Assembly (NCBI RefSeq): GCF_006345805.1
Contig: NW_021833015.1
Location: 1-64,000 of the forward strand
Direction: 5' to 3'
DNA length: 64,000 nucleotides
Source: Octopus sinensis
Taxonomy: Eukaryota
The first letter of the stretch is position 1, and each line of letters starts with the position of its first letter. The position numbers were made by a program, and so were the translations under genes. A model generated the notes under the pieces. That model saw nothing but the letters and a program-made list of their open reading frames with translations, was not told the origin of the DNA and made no database searches. This document shows positions 36,691 through 49,276 of the stretch, one piece after another.

Positions 36691-37817
36691 TTTCAATACA
36701 GATTACTGCAACTATAAAACTGAATATTTACTAACTCTGGGTTTTTGCATACTCTTTTACTCTCTCTCTTTACTCTTTTACTCGTTTCAGTCACTTGACT
36801 GTGGCCATGCTGGAGCACCGCCTTTAGTTGAGCAAATCGACCCCGGGACTTATTCTTTGTAAGCCCAGTACTTGTTCTATCGGTCTCTTTTGCCGAACTG
36901 CTTAGTGACTGGGACATAAACACACCGGCATCGGTTGTCAAGCGATATTGTGGGGACAAACACAGACAAACACACACATACACATATATATATAATATAT
37001 ATATATATATACATATATACGACAGGCTTCTTTCAGTTTCCGTCTACCAAATCCACTCACAAGGCATTGGTCGACCCGGGGCTATAGCAGAAGACACTTG
37101 TCCAAGATGCCACGCAGTGGGACTGAACCTGGAACCATGTGGTTGGTTAGCAAGCTACTTACCACACAGCCACTCCTGCGCCTGAGTAGGATTCGCAAGT
37201 ATGTTGGGCATTTATTGGATAATCTGTTAGTAGGTAGGTGGAAGTCACAAATGGGAAACTTTTGATCAAAGTTCTGCTGGATCAAGGACCAGGGCTGAGA
37301 AACAGCAGCAAAGCATGGAAGGAGATGTAGTCCTACATACAGCGTGTCTGAATAAATGATGGGACGAAAATAGCTAAAACATCTTTCACCACAGGTCTAC
37401 TAGTGGTTAGGGTACTCAGTTCGTGACTGTAATGTCATGAGTTCAATCCTCAGCAGAGTGTTGCTACCTTGAACAAGACAGTTTACTTCACATTGCTCTA
37501 GTCCACTCAGTTGGCAAATATGAATTGTACCTGAAATTCAAAGGGGCCAGCCTGGTCACATTGTGTCACACTGAATCTCCTGGAGAACTAGGTTCAAGGT
37601 ACACATATCTGTGAAGTGCTCAGCCACTTACTCTTTTACTCTTTTACTTGTTTCAGTCATTTGACTGCGGCCATGCTGGAGCACTGCATTTAGTCGAGCA
37701 AATCGACCCTGGGACTTATTCTTTGTAAGCCCAGTACTTATTCTATCGACGTAAACACACCAGCATCGGTTGTCAAGCAATGCTAGGGGGACAAACACAG
37801 ACACACATACATACACG

Positions 37818-37851
<34 letters not shown>

Positions 37852-38577
37852 AATATATATATACATATATATATATATATACATATATACGACAGGCTTC
37901 TTTCAGTTTCCGTCTACCAAATCCACTCACAAGGCATTGGTTGGCCCGGGGCTATAGCAGAAGGCACTTGTCCAAGGTGCCACGCAGTGGGACTGAACCC
38001 GGAACCATGTGGTTGGTAAGCAAGCTACTTACCACACAGCCACTCCTGCGCCTATATGTATATTGTGCCTGAATAAATGATGGGGTGATAACAGCTTAAA
38101 ATGTCTTTGATCACAGATCTGCCAGGTTGTGCTGGCCCAGGGCTAAACAGCAACACAAGGAAGAAAGCATGAAATAACAGAGTCCTAGAGATGAAGTGTC
38201 TGAATAAATGATAGGATGATAACAGCTGAAAGCATTTTTGATTACAGAGGTGGTTGATCAGGACTGACCTAGGGTTAAACAACAGCAGCACAACGAAGGA
38301 CATGTTGATGTAGTTTTTAGAAAGATGAGATGGTTACAGCTGGAACATCTTAGATCATAGGTCTACAGGATCAGAATGAACCTAGGGCTATATAACAAGA
38401 AGTAGAAAGGGCACATTAAATAACGTAGTCCTAGATACTCTATGTTAGAGTAAAAGATAAAACAGTCGTATCTGAAACATCTCTGATCGTATGCGAACAG
38501 GATCGAACTGATCTGACATTAAAAGAACCACAAGGCTGAGCAAGAACTTTGAAGCTATCTCCATTTGAACCTAAATC

Positions 38578-39600
38578 TGTTGACCCAATCCTTCCTGTTA
38601 TAAGCACAAAGCCCGAAATTTTGGGGGAGGGGACCAGTTGTTTACATCGACCCCAGACTTTCACTGGTACTTAATTTATTGACCCCGAAAGGATGAAAGG
38701 CAAAGTCGACCTCGGCGGAATTTGAGCTCAGAACGTAACATCAGACGAAATACCTATTTCTTTACTACCCACATGGGGTTAAACACAGAGGGGACAAACA
38801 AGGACAAACACACGGATTAAATCGATTACATCGACCCCAGTGCGTAACTGGTACTTAATTTATCGACCCCGAAAGGATGAAAGGCAAAGTCGACCTCGGC
38901 GGAATTTGAACTCAGAACGTAACATCAGACGAAATACCTATTTCTTTACTACCCACAAGGGGCTAAACACAGAGGGGATAAACAAGGACAGACACACAGA
39001 TTAAGTCGATTACATCGACCCCAGTGCGTAACTGGTAAATAATCTATCGACCCCAAAAGGATGAAAGGCAAAGTTGACCTCGGCGGAATTTGAACTCAGA
39101 ACGTAACGGCAGACGAAATACCTATTTCTTTACTACCCACAAGGGGTTAAACACAGAGGAGACAAACAAGGACAGACACACGGATTAAGTCGATTACATC
39201 GAACCCAGTGCGTAACTGGTACTTAATTTATCAACCCCAAAAGGATGAAAGGCAAAGTCGACCTCGGCGGAATTTGAACTCAGAACGAAGCGATGGCTGA
39301 AATACCACCAAGCATTTCGTCCAGCGTGCTAACGACTCTGCCAGCTCGTCGCCTTATTTGTTGACCCAATCCTTTTTCTTATAAGCACAAAGCCCGAAGT
39401 TTTGGAGGAGGGGACTAGTTGATTACATCGACCCCAGAATTTCACTGGTACTTAATTTATTGACCCTGAAAGGATGAAAGGCAAAGTCGACCTCGGCGGA
39501 ATTTGAACTCAGAACGTAACGGCAGACGAAATACCGCTAAGCATTTCGCCCGGTGTGCTTACCACTCTGCCGGCTTGTCGCCTTATTTGATGACCCAATC
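38578..39600 (-). mobile_element. Deu/Nin-like SINE multimer (183-184-bp units) plus an adjacent variant copy
   Basis: Tails at about 38754, 38937 and 39121; heads at about 39355 and 39585. Confidence 0.85.
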
Positions 39601-40559
39601 AAAGGCTTAAAGACTGTCTCACTAAAGCCGACCAAAAACTCCATTCAAGTCGGGGTTTTATCTGACACTCGATATTCCCTAAGACTTATCTTAACAATGA
39701 TACGAAAAAAATAAAATAAAATATAAAAACAAACAAACACAACTATCTATAAGTATTTATTTTGTTGAAGAGACTTAAACCGCAGATTTTATCAAGAACA
39801 ATTTTGTTTGTTTTTTTTTCCTTCTTTCCTTCTCTATTTTTTTTTTATTTTAAATAAAAAAAAAAAATAACAATTCTGTTTTGGGTGCAGACATGGCTTT
39901 ACGGTTAAGAAGTTTGCTCCACAACCCTGAGCTTCTAGGTTCAATCTCACAGCAAGTGAGATTGAACCTAGAAAGGTCTTTTACTTCTGCTGACTTTTTC
40001 GCCACAACTTTCTCTCACACTTTTCTCCTGCATCTTGCAGCTCACCTGTGACGGACCAGCGTCCTGTCCAGGTGGGGAAAATCCACAGCGAAGGTCTTTT
40101 GCCGTTCCCTCGCCTAGTGTTGATGGCCAATAGCTTGTCAAGTGGGAATATTTCAATAATGCGGTCCTAGGTACACTGTGTCTGAGTAGAAGACAAGATG
40201 CATGTAGCTGAAACAGCCTTGATTTGTGTCCCCTAATTTGACACCCTGTGTCTTCTACAATCTGATGGATATATGCTCAGTAAGCGGAGAAAGAAGGGAA
40301 CATTATGCAGGGCCCAAAGGGACAAGCAAGAATGATATATCCAGCAATCACCTTCTCGGCAAATCCATACATGGGAATACAAGTTTTGGCAGTCAAAGAG
40401 AGAGAGAGAGTGTGTGTGTGTGTGTGTGTGTGTGTGAGACCGGATATCAAATGCTATCTAAAGTGGAACAATAAACAAATATTGTTGACATAATCAACAT
40501 TTCTTCTCAGCCATGAGATGTATAATTAATTACTCCATTACTGGTCCATTGCCGGTCAG

Positions 40560-40654
40560 TGGACTGTAGCGGCGGCGGCAGCGGCGGCGGAGAGGGAGAG
40601 TTGCACCAGTTTGCAGTGTTAGGCTGATTACATCATCCACAGGGTTTATTTATA
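40560..40654 (-). promoter_or_regulatory. Candidate intronic core promoter in HR3 sense (TATA box and Inr-like element)
   Basis: TATAAATAAA at 40654-40645, TCAGCC with its A at 40625 (TATA at -29), then a (GCC)n-rich leader in non-repetitive DNA. Confidence 0.3.
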
Positions 40655-40858
40655 GTATTCTGTGTGAAGCTGGTATCCCCCCTGTCTTTCTTCAAGACAC
40701 TCCTCCAGTTGGTGAGAATTGGTGACAGAAGACTTGACTGAATCATTCCTATTCTGCTGCTGCTGCTGAAGGTTTTGGCAAAAACCCTGACATGGGACAT
40801 CAAGTGTGTGATGCCTCTGCAGAGAATAAACCTTGTAACGAGCACCATCTCTGCTTGT

Positions 40859-41312
40859 GGAGGCATATGGCCTAGTGGTTAGAGCAGCGGATTCGCGGTC
40901 GAGAGATCGCAGGTTCGAATCTCAGACCAGGTGATGTGTATGTTTATGAGCGAAACACCTAAGCTCCATGCGGCTCCAGGAGAAGGTAATGGCGAAACTT
41001 CTGCCGACTCTTTCGCCACGACTTTCTCTCACGCTTACATGGCCTAGTGGTTAGAGCAGTGGACTCACGGTCGAGGGATTGCAGGTTCAAATCTCAGACC
41101 AGGTGATGTGTGTGTTTATGAGTGAAACACCTAAGCTCCACGTGGCTCCAGCAGAAGGTAATGGCGATACTTCTGCTGACTCTTTTGCCACAACTTTCTC
41201 TCACTCTTTCCTCCTGCATCTTGCAGCTAACCTGCGACGGACCGGCGTCCTGTCCAGGTGGGGAACCTATACACCAAGAAAACCAGGAAACTGGCCCTAT
41301 GAGCCAGGCATG
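40859..41312 (+). mobile_element. Two tandem tRNA-headed SINE copies, tail type 3
   Basis: Heads TGGCCTAGTGGTTAGAGCAG at about 40868 and 41040. The tail TGCATCTTGCAGC...GGACCGGCGTCCTGTCCAGGTGGGGAA is also seen at 40027-40080. Confidence 0.75.
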
Positions 41313-41765
41313 GCTTGTGAAGGAACAAACAAAACAAAACATATTGAAAAAAATGTCGTCAGAATTTTGGGGAAAAAAATCCTTTTATCTCTTCAATATT
41401 ATTAGCGCTCTTGTTCCTCTCTAGAAATTACTTTATTATTAAGGCAATAAGTTGGCAGAATCGTTAGCACACTGGGCAAAATGCTTGGTGGCACTTTGTC
41501 TGTCTGCATGTTCCGAGTTCAAATTCCCCTGAGGTAAACTTAGCCTTTCATCCTTCCGGGGTCAAGAAAATAAGTAGAAGTTGAGCACTTGCGTAAGTGG
41601 GGGTTGACTTTCCCTCCTCCCCCTCCAAACTTGTTGGCCCTGTGCCAAAATTTGAAGCCATCATCGTCATCTGTTGTTATTTGACAATGATAATTAGCAT
41701 TGGATAAATAACAAAAACTTGATATTTGATTACATCACTGAAACCTAATGAGTTAATTGTTTGAG

Positions 41766-41809
<44 letters not shown>

Positions 41810-42690
41810 TTCCTAGTCTGAAAATAATTTTCCTGGCCTTTATTCTTTTATTACTCTCAGTCACTGGAAACCGTAGCCATGCCAGGGAGACTCCCCCCCC
41901 ACTTCAAGGTCATTTTTAAGTACCCACATTAACCTCGATACTTATTTCCGTCTGGTACAACCCGTTTATCAATCTGTACTCCTTATTGCCTTTAACCCTT
42001 TTAAAACCAACCCACGTGAAACAGTCCCTGGGTCTAATAATACAAACTTCTTGTAAAGTGATTTGAACTAAAAAAAAAAAAATCACCTGTCAAAATTTGG
42101 GGCTAATTTATGGGGCAAACACCAACTTAAAAATCCTTCATTATTTTGTAAAATTAAATAAAACAAAGGGAGTGTATTTCAACAGAAATATGATATTGAT
42201 AGGGTTTTAAAATAAAGGTGGTTGATCAGGACTGACCTAGGGTTAAACAACAGCAGCACAACGAAGGACATGTTGATGTCATCCTACATAGGTTTTAGAA
42301 AGATGAGATGGTTACAGCTGGAACATCTTAGATCATAGGTCTACAGGATCAGAATGAACCTAGGGCTATATAACAAGAAGTAGAAAGGGCACAATAATGT
42401 AGTATGTTAGACAGTGAGGGAGCTTCTATGCAACCAACAGTCAAATCTCCCTCTCATCAAATTTCTTACTGTTTCAACCCTTCTTAAAACCAATCTATCT
42501 GAGACCCTGGTTCTATGATACAAACTTTCTGTTTTAAAGCAATCTAAATTTTAAAACCCTTTTTTCATCAAAATTTCATGCTAATAATCTATGTTCCAAG
42601 CATTACCTAAATAAGTTCTATATTTAAGAGATGAGGAATTATGTACATTATTTTCATTTGACAGATATTTGTCCTCATCTTGTTTGTTAT

Positions 42691-42734
42691 TATCACGTTT
42701 CGGCTGATATACCCTCCAGCCTTCATCAGGTGTC
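42691..42734 (-). ncRNA. Minimal type I hammerhead ribozyme motif, family X copy 1 (stem I 3' strand damaged)
   Basis: GACAC CTGATGA A GGCTG gagggtatat CAGCC GAA AC GT g... Confidence 0.65.
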
Positions 42735-42924
42735 TTGGGGAAATTTCGAACCTGGGTTCTCATTCCTAAGGTACTTTTCGATGTTGTTGTTGTTGTTATT
42801 ATTATTATTATTACTACTACCACTACTATTATTAGTAGTAGTATTCAGTTCTATATTTAAGAAATGAGAAATTATGTACATTATTTACATTTGACGGATA
42901 TTTGCCCTCATCTTGTTTGTTGTT

Positions 42925-42970
42925 AACACAATGTTTCAGCTGATATACCCTCCAGCCTTCTTCAGGTGCC
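42925..42970 (-). ncRNA. Minimal type I hammerhead ribozyme motif, family X copy 2 (G16.2A)
   Basis: GCAC CTGAAGA A GGCTG gagggtatat CAGCT GAA AC AT T GTGT; stem I GCAC/GTGT. Confidence 0.65.
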
Positions 42971-43049
42971 TTGCGGAAATTTCGAACCTGGGTTCTCATT
43001 CCTTAGGTATTTTTCGATATTATTATTTTTATTATTATTATTATAGATC

Positions 43050-43255
43050 GTTAGCCACTACACACATTTTTTTCTCTCCTTGTTTCTCTCCCTATTTTTT
43101 TTTCTCACTCCTTGTTTTTTGGGGTCCCTTTCTGTAGAAGAGCGTAGGCTCGAAATGTGAAAGACTTTTTCTATTCCTGAGCGTTATACTAATACATCTG
43201 TTTGTTTCGTACACCACCTGTCTTCGTCTTTTGTTTTTTTCATAAACTCTCCCTA
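43050..43255 (+). mobile_element. Second family Y copy with a degenerate hammerhead-like fold at 43128-43163
   Basis: CTTT CTGTAGA A GAGC GTAG GCTC GAA AT GT G AAAG. Flanks align with 14930-15135. Confidence 0.55.
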
Positions 43256-43819
43256 AACTCACACAAACACACACACAGACAGAGAGTAGGCTTCTTTCAT
43301 TTTCCTTCAACGAAAACCATTCACAAGGCTTTAGTTGGCAAAAGGCTATTGTAGAAGATGCCTTGCCCAAGGTGCCACGCAGTGGGACTGAACCCAGAAC
43401 CATGTGGTTCAGACGCAAACTGCTAACCACACAGCCATGCCCTGCGACTCCCTTACTTGAAATGCTTTCAGAACGTAGACAATCCTAGTGGGAATGAGCT
43501 GATTTGTCAGGAGTGTTTGCCACCTCTTGGAGACACACTACCGAAAGCAGAAAGAAAAGCTCACAGACTGCGCTCCACGTGTATGCATTCCCATAAATTA
43601 GTAATGTATGGAGACACATAGTAATACCGCTAAATGTCATGTGTGTGTGTGTGTGTGTGCGTGCGTGCTTGTGTATATAGACAACGTGCAGACAGTACAG
43701 TGGTAAATGTCACAGGTATATATAAGTACAGAGCAGTAAATGTCACATACGATAGGTGCGCGTACATACACAAAAATGCATATGTATAGGGATGTATGTG
43801 AATATACACACACACACAC

Positions 43820-43865
43820 ACACGAATGTATATGCATCTCTACATATATACACACATATAGACAA

Positions 43866-43906
<41 letters not shown>

Positions 43907-44121
43907 CATAACATATATACATAGATACACACACACACGAATGTATTTAAATGTGTATGCGTATGCATCTCTACATATATACACACATATACACAAACAC
44001 TCACACACACACATATATATATATATATATACATAACATATATACATAGATATACACATACCCGAATGTATTTAAATGTGTGTGTGTATGCATCTCTACA
44101 TATATACACACATATACACAA

Positions 44122-44158
<37 letters not shown>

Positions 44159-44860
44159 CATAACATATATACATAGATATACACATACCCGAATGTATTT
44201 AAATGTGTGTGTGTATGCATCTCTCCATATATACACACATATACACAAACACACACACACACATATATATATATACATACTCTTTACTCTTTTTACTCTT
44301 TTGCTTGTTTCAGTCATTTGACTGCGGCCATGCTGGAGCACCGCCTTTAATCGAGCAACTCGACCCCGGAACTTATTCTTTTTGTAAGCCCAGTACTTAT
44401 CCTATCGGTCTCTTTTGCCAAACCGCTAAGTAACGGGGACGTAAACACACCAGCATCGGTTGTCAAGCAATGCTAGGGGAACCAACACAGACACACAAAC
44501 ACACACACACATATATATATATATATACATATATACGACGGGCTTCTTTCAGTTTCCGTCTACCAAATCCACTCACAAGGCATTGGTCGGCCCGGGGCTA
44601 TAGCAGAAGACACTTGCCCAAGATGCCACGCAGTGGGACTGAACCCGGAACCATGTGGTTGGTTAGCAAGCTACTTACCACACAGCCACTCCTGCGCCTA
44701 TATACATAGATACACACATACACGAATGTATTTAAATGTGTGTGCGTATGCATCTCTCCATATACACACACACACACATATACACATACATACATATACA
44801 CACATGTATATACATACATAACATATATACGTAGATACACAAACACACGAATATATTTTG
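43820..44860. repeat. ~120-bp compound CA/TA higher-order repeat interrupted by an OK-like SINE (44280-44700)
   Basis: CGAATGTATTTAAATGTG...GCATCTCT(A/C)CATAT recurs about every 115-128 bp and resumes after the SINE. Confidence 0.75.
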
Positions 44861-45699
44861 TCGTTACTATTTATTATTACACACAAGTGGAGAGTGTATA
44901 CATAAATACTCTTTTACTCGTTTCAGCCGTTTGACTGCGGCCATGCTGGAGCACTGCCTTTTAGTCGAGCAAATCGACCACGGGACTTATTCTTTGTAAG
45001 CCTAGTACTTATTCTATCGGTCACTATTGCCAAACAGCTAAGTGACGGGGACATAAACACACCAGCATCGGTTGTCAAGCGATGTTGGAGGGTGGGGCCA
45101 ACACATACACACATATATATATGTATATATACATATATATACATATATATGTATATATACATATATTTGAACGTGGCCGATGCCAGCGCCGCCTTGGCTG
45201 GCTTCCGTGCCGGTGGCACGTTAAAAGCACCAACCGATCGTGGCCGATGCCAGACCCCACCTGGCACCTGTGCAGGTGGCACGTAAAAAGCACCCACTAC
45301 ACTCGCGGAGTGGTTGGCGTTAAGAAGGGCATCCAGCTGTAGAAACACTGCCAGATCAGACTGTAGCCTGGTGCAGCCCTCGCTTCCCAGACCCCGGTCG
45401 AACCGTCCAATCCGTGCTATCGCGGAAAACGGATGTTAAACGATGATGATGATGATACACACACACACACACACATATACGATGGGCTTCTTCCATTTTC
45501 CATATAATAATAATAATAATAATAATAATATAATAATGGTTTCAAGCTTTGGTACAAAGCCTGCAATTTTGGGGAAGTGAGTAAGTTGATTAGATCGACC
45601 CCTAGCACTCAACTTTTATCAACTCCAAAAGGGTGAATAGCAAAGTTGACCTCACCGGAATTTGAAGTCAGAATGGAGCAACGGGTGAAATACTGCACC

Positions 45700-45739
<40 letters not shown>

Positions 45740-46210
45740 TAATGGTTTAAAATTTTGGTACAAGGCCTGCAATTTTGGGGAAGGGAGTAAGTTGATTAGA
45801 TTGCCCCCCCCCCCTAGTACTCAACTTTTATTGACTCCGAAAGAGCGAAAGGCAAAGTTGACCTCAGCAGAATTTGAACCCAGAACAATAAAGACAGACC
45901 AAATGTTATTAAGCATTTTGCCGAGCGTGCAAACGATTCTGCCAGCTCACTGCCTTAATAATAACAACAATGACGATAAAATTTTTTTTTTCAAAAAAAA
46001 AAAAAAAAAAAAAAAAAACTAGCAGGGACTGAAATTTAACAAGGGGACACACAGATGCAAAAGCAGTGGGGTAAAAAAACAAAACCACCCACTCCATCTC
46101 AATGCTGCCAAATTTCAGTGCACACATCCCCTGTCACATGTGTCTGAAGTTAAAAGAACATCACACATGTATATATATTAGTTACATAGCTATAATATAT
46201 AGACATTATA

Positions 46211-46264
<54 letters not shown>

Positions 46265-46307
46265 CACATATATATATATATACACATATATATATATATA
46301 TACACAT

Positions 46308-46356
<49 letters not shown>

Positions 46357-47749
46357 TATATACATACACACAAATACATACATACACAGTGTATGACTAG
46401 AGACCGAGACCTCTGGAAGTATGCTGTGCACGAGAAGACCCGGCAGGACAAGTGAGACCATAACCCGTGGCCTTCTACATGGGATGTAGCCAGCCCACTT
46501 ATGCATACCTTCCCTTCTTGGGACACAAAACTCTACTTGTGAAGACCTGTTGAGGCAAGTGGAAATCAGAATCGAAATCGATCAATGAAAATTGCAGCTG
46601 AGTTACCAGTGCTGGTGGCACGTAAGAGAACCATCCGAACGTGGTCGTTGCCAGCGCCGCCCAGACTGGCCTCGTGCCGGTGGCACGTAAAAAGCCCCAT
46701 CCGTTTGTGGCCGTTGCCAGCCTCGCCTGGCCCCTGTGCACCCACTACACTCACGGAGTAGTTGGTGTTAGGAAGGGCATCCAGCCGTAGAAACACTGCC
46801 AGATCAGACTGGGCCTGATGCAGCCTTCTGGCTTCCCAGACCCCAGTTGAACCGTCCAACCCATGCTAGCATGGAAAGCGGACGCTAAACGAGGATGATG
46901 GCAGTATCACTGCTTAACATCTATCTGGTATTGGCTTGTTTACGCAAAAGCGACTGAGCAGTTTGGCAAAAGGGACCAACAGAATTAAGTACCAGGCTTT
47001 GAAAAGAAGTGCTGGGGTTGATTTGTCTTACTAAGCCCTTCAAGATGGTACTCCAGCATAGCCACAGCCCTATATATTTCTTTACTACCCACAAGGGGCT
47101 AAACACAGAGAGGACAAACAAGGACAGACAAAGGGATTAAGTCGATTACATCGACCCCAGTGCATAACTGGTACTTATTTCATCGACCCCGAAAGGGTGA
47201 AAAGCAAAGTCGACCTCGGCGGAATTTGAACTCAGAATGTGAAGATGGATGAAATACCTATTTCTTTACTACCCACAAGGGTCTAAACACAGAGGGGACA
47301 AACAAGGACAGACAAACGGATTAAGTTGATTACATCGACCCCAGTGCGTAACTGGTACCTTATTTCATCGACCCCGAAAGGATGAAAGGCAAAGTCGACC
47401 TCGGCGGAATTTGAACTCAGGACGTAACGGCAGACGAAATACGGCTACGCATTTCCAAGATATAAAAGACGTATATAGCGTGCGTATGTGTGTGACTCAC
47501 TGATTGAAAACCCCGGTGTCAATTTATGTCCCCTGTAACTTAGCAGTCCTGGCAAAAGGGGGCCTGTAGAATCAGTACTGCCCTAGCAAGGACTGAAACA
47601 AGTAAAAGAATAAAAGGAAGAATTACAACCTATCTGAGCGAGTGGGGGTGGCAGGGGTTGTGTCAGTCCGGAGTTACTTACAGGGTGACATGCTGTAGCA
47701 AACCATCACCCTTACTTAGTCACCACCAAGCATACATGCGCACACAAAG

Positions 47750-48295
47750 TGACACACACATACAAGATGAGACACACACACACAAAATGACACACACACA
47801 TACAAAATGACACACACATACAAAATGACACACACATAAAATGACACACACACACACACAAAGTGACACAGCACATACAAAATGACACACACACACAGTG
47901 ACACACACATACAAAATAACACACACACACAAAGTGATACACACATACAAAATGACACACACACACAAAATGACAGGCACACACAAAGTGACACGCACAT
48001 ACAAAATGACACATATGCAATGTGACACAGACTCATACACACAATATCTCACACACACACACCACACACACACACACACAAAATGACACACACACACAAA
48101 GTGACACGCACATACAAAATGACACACACACACACAAAGTGACACACACACACACACATACAATGACACATAAACAAAGTGACACGTACAAAGTGACAGA
48201 CACACACACACACACACGCACAAAATGACACACAGAGTGACACAGATACAAAGTGACAGACACATACACACAATGTCACACACACACACACAAAC
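47750..48295. repeat. Degenerate ACAAAATGAC(AC)n minisatellite
   Basis: Repeated ACAAAATGAC or ACAAAGTGAC separated by AC runs. Confidence 0.85.
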
Positions 48296-48499
48296 TGACA
48301 TCCATGCAACTCTCCCCCAGTATTGAGCCAATCAACTAAACCAAGTGTGCAGCCGTTCGGTCATTCACAGGGTGGGATTTTTTCTCTTCTTCATCTCCTT
48401 CTTGTTATTGTCGTTGTCATTGCTGTGCCTGTCTTGTTCTCATCACAGTGAAATTCCAGAAGAATTTCACAAAAAAAAAACCAGAAAAAAAAAAAAGAA

Positions 48500-48735
48500 A
48501 CACAGGAGGAGAAGAAGGAGGAGGAGGAGGCAGCAGGAGAGAGGAGGAGGAGGAGGCTGGAGAGAGGAGGAGGAGGCAGGAGAGAGGAGGAGGAAGCAGG
48601 AGAGAGGAGGAGGAAGCAGGAGAGAGGAGGACGAAGCAGGAGAGAGGATGAGGAGGCAGGAGAGACGAGGAGGCAGGAGAGACGAGGAGGCAGGAGAGAC
48701 GAGGAGGAGGCAGGAGAGAGGAGGAGGAGGAAGCT
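48500..48735. repeat. Purine-rich ~20-bp minisatellite (GCAGGAGAGAGGAGGAGGA)
   Basis: About 10 direct copies of GCAGGAGAGA(C/G)GAGGA. Confidence 0.85.
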
Positions 48736-49276
48736 GTGGCATGGGGGGGGCAGAGGGGGAAAGAAAACAAATAAACAAAAGCAGATAAGACAGATAATAA
48801 TAATAGATGAAGAAGAAGAAGGAGGACAAAAGACAGAAGGATGTGGTAGTGGTGGTGGTGGTGGCGGCGGCGGCGGCGGCGGAGTACGCTGCTGCTGCTG
48901 CCGTCGCCACGGCTGCCAGCGACTCTCTCGGCTTCTTTGATTTCGTCTTGGTTACATTTTGTTTTAAATTCAACTTTGGTAAAAAAAAAAAAAAAAAAAA
49001 AATGTCAACTCCAGAGAGAAGAAGACGAAGCGACAGAGGCAGCGGCGTCTAACATATGGTTTATTAACAATAACTCGACAAAAGCCGCTTCTGCCATCAC
49101 CACCACCACCACCACCACCACCGACAATAGCAACAACAGCAGCAACAACAACAATGGTAACAGCAGTAAAGCAAAAGCAGTTGGCCTTATTACTTAACTG
49201 CCGCCAACAGAGCCACTGAGAACCAGAACTAGCAGGGAAGGGGTCTTTACTCAGTGAAATACAGACAGTAGTGAAA

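Larger units (their letters stand above)
42615..43045 (-). mobile_element. Two tandem ~235-bp Penelope-like terminal-repeat units (family X), each with a hammerhead motif
   Basis: The units 42615-42845 and 42848-43045 align end to end. Each ends in an (ATT/GTT)n tract and carries CTGANGA...GAAAC on the minus strand. Confidence 0.65.
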
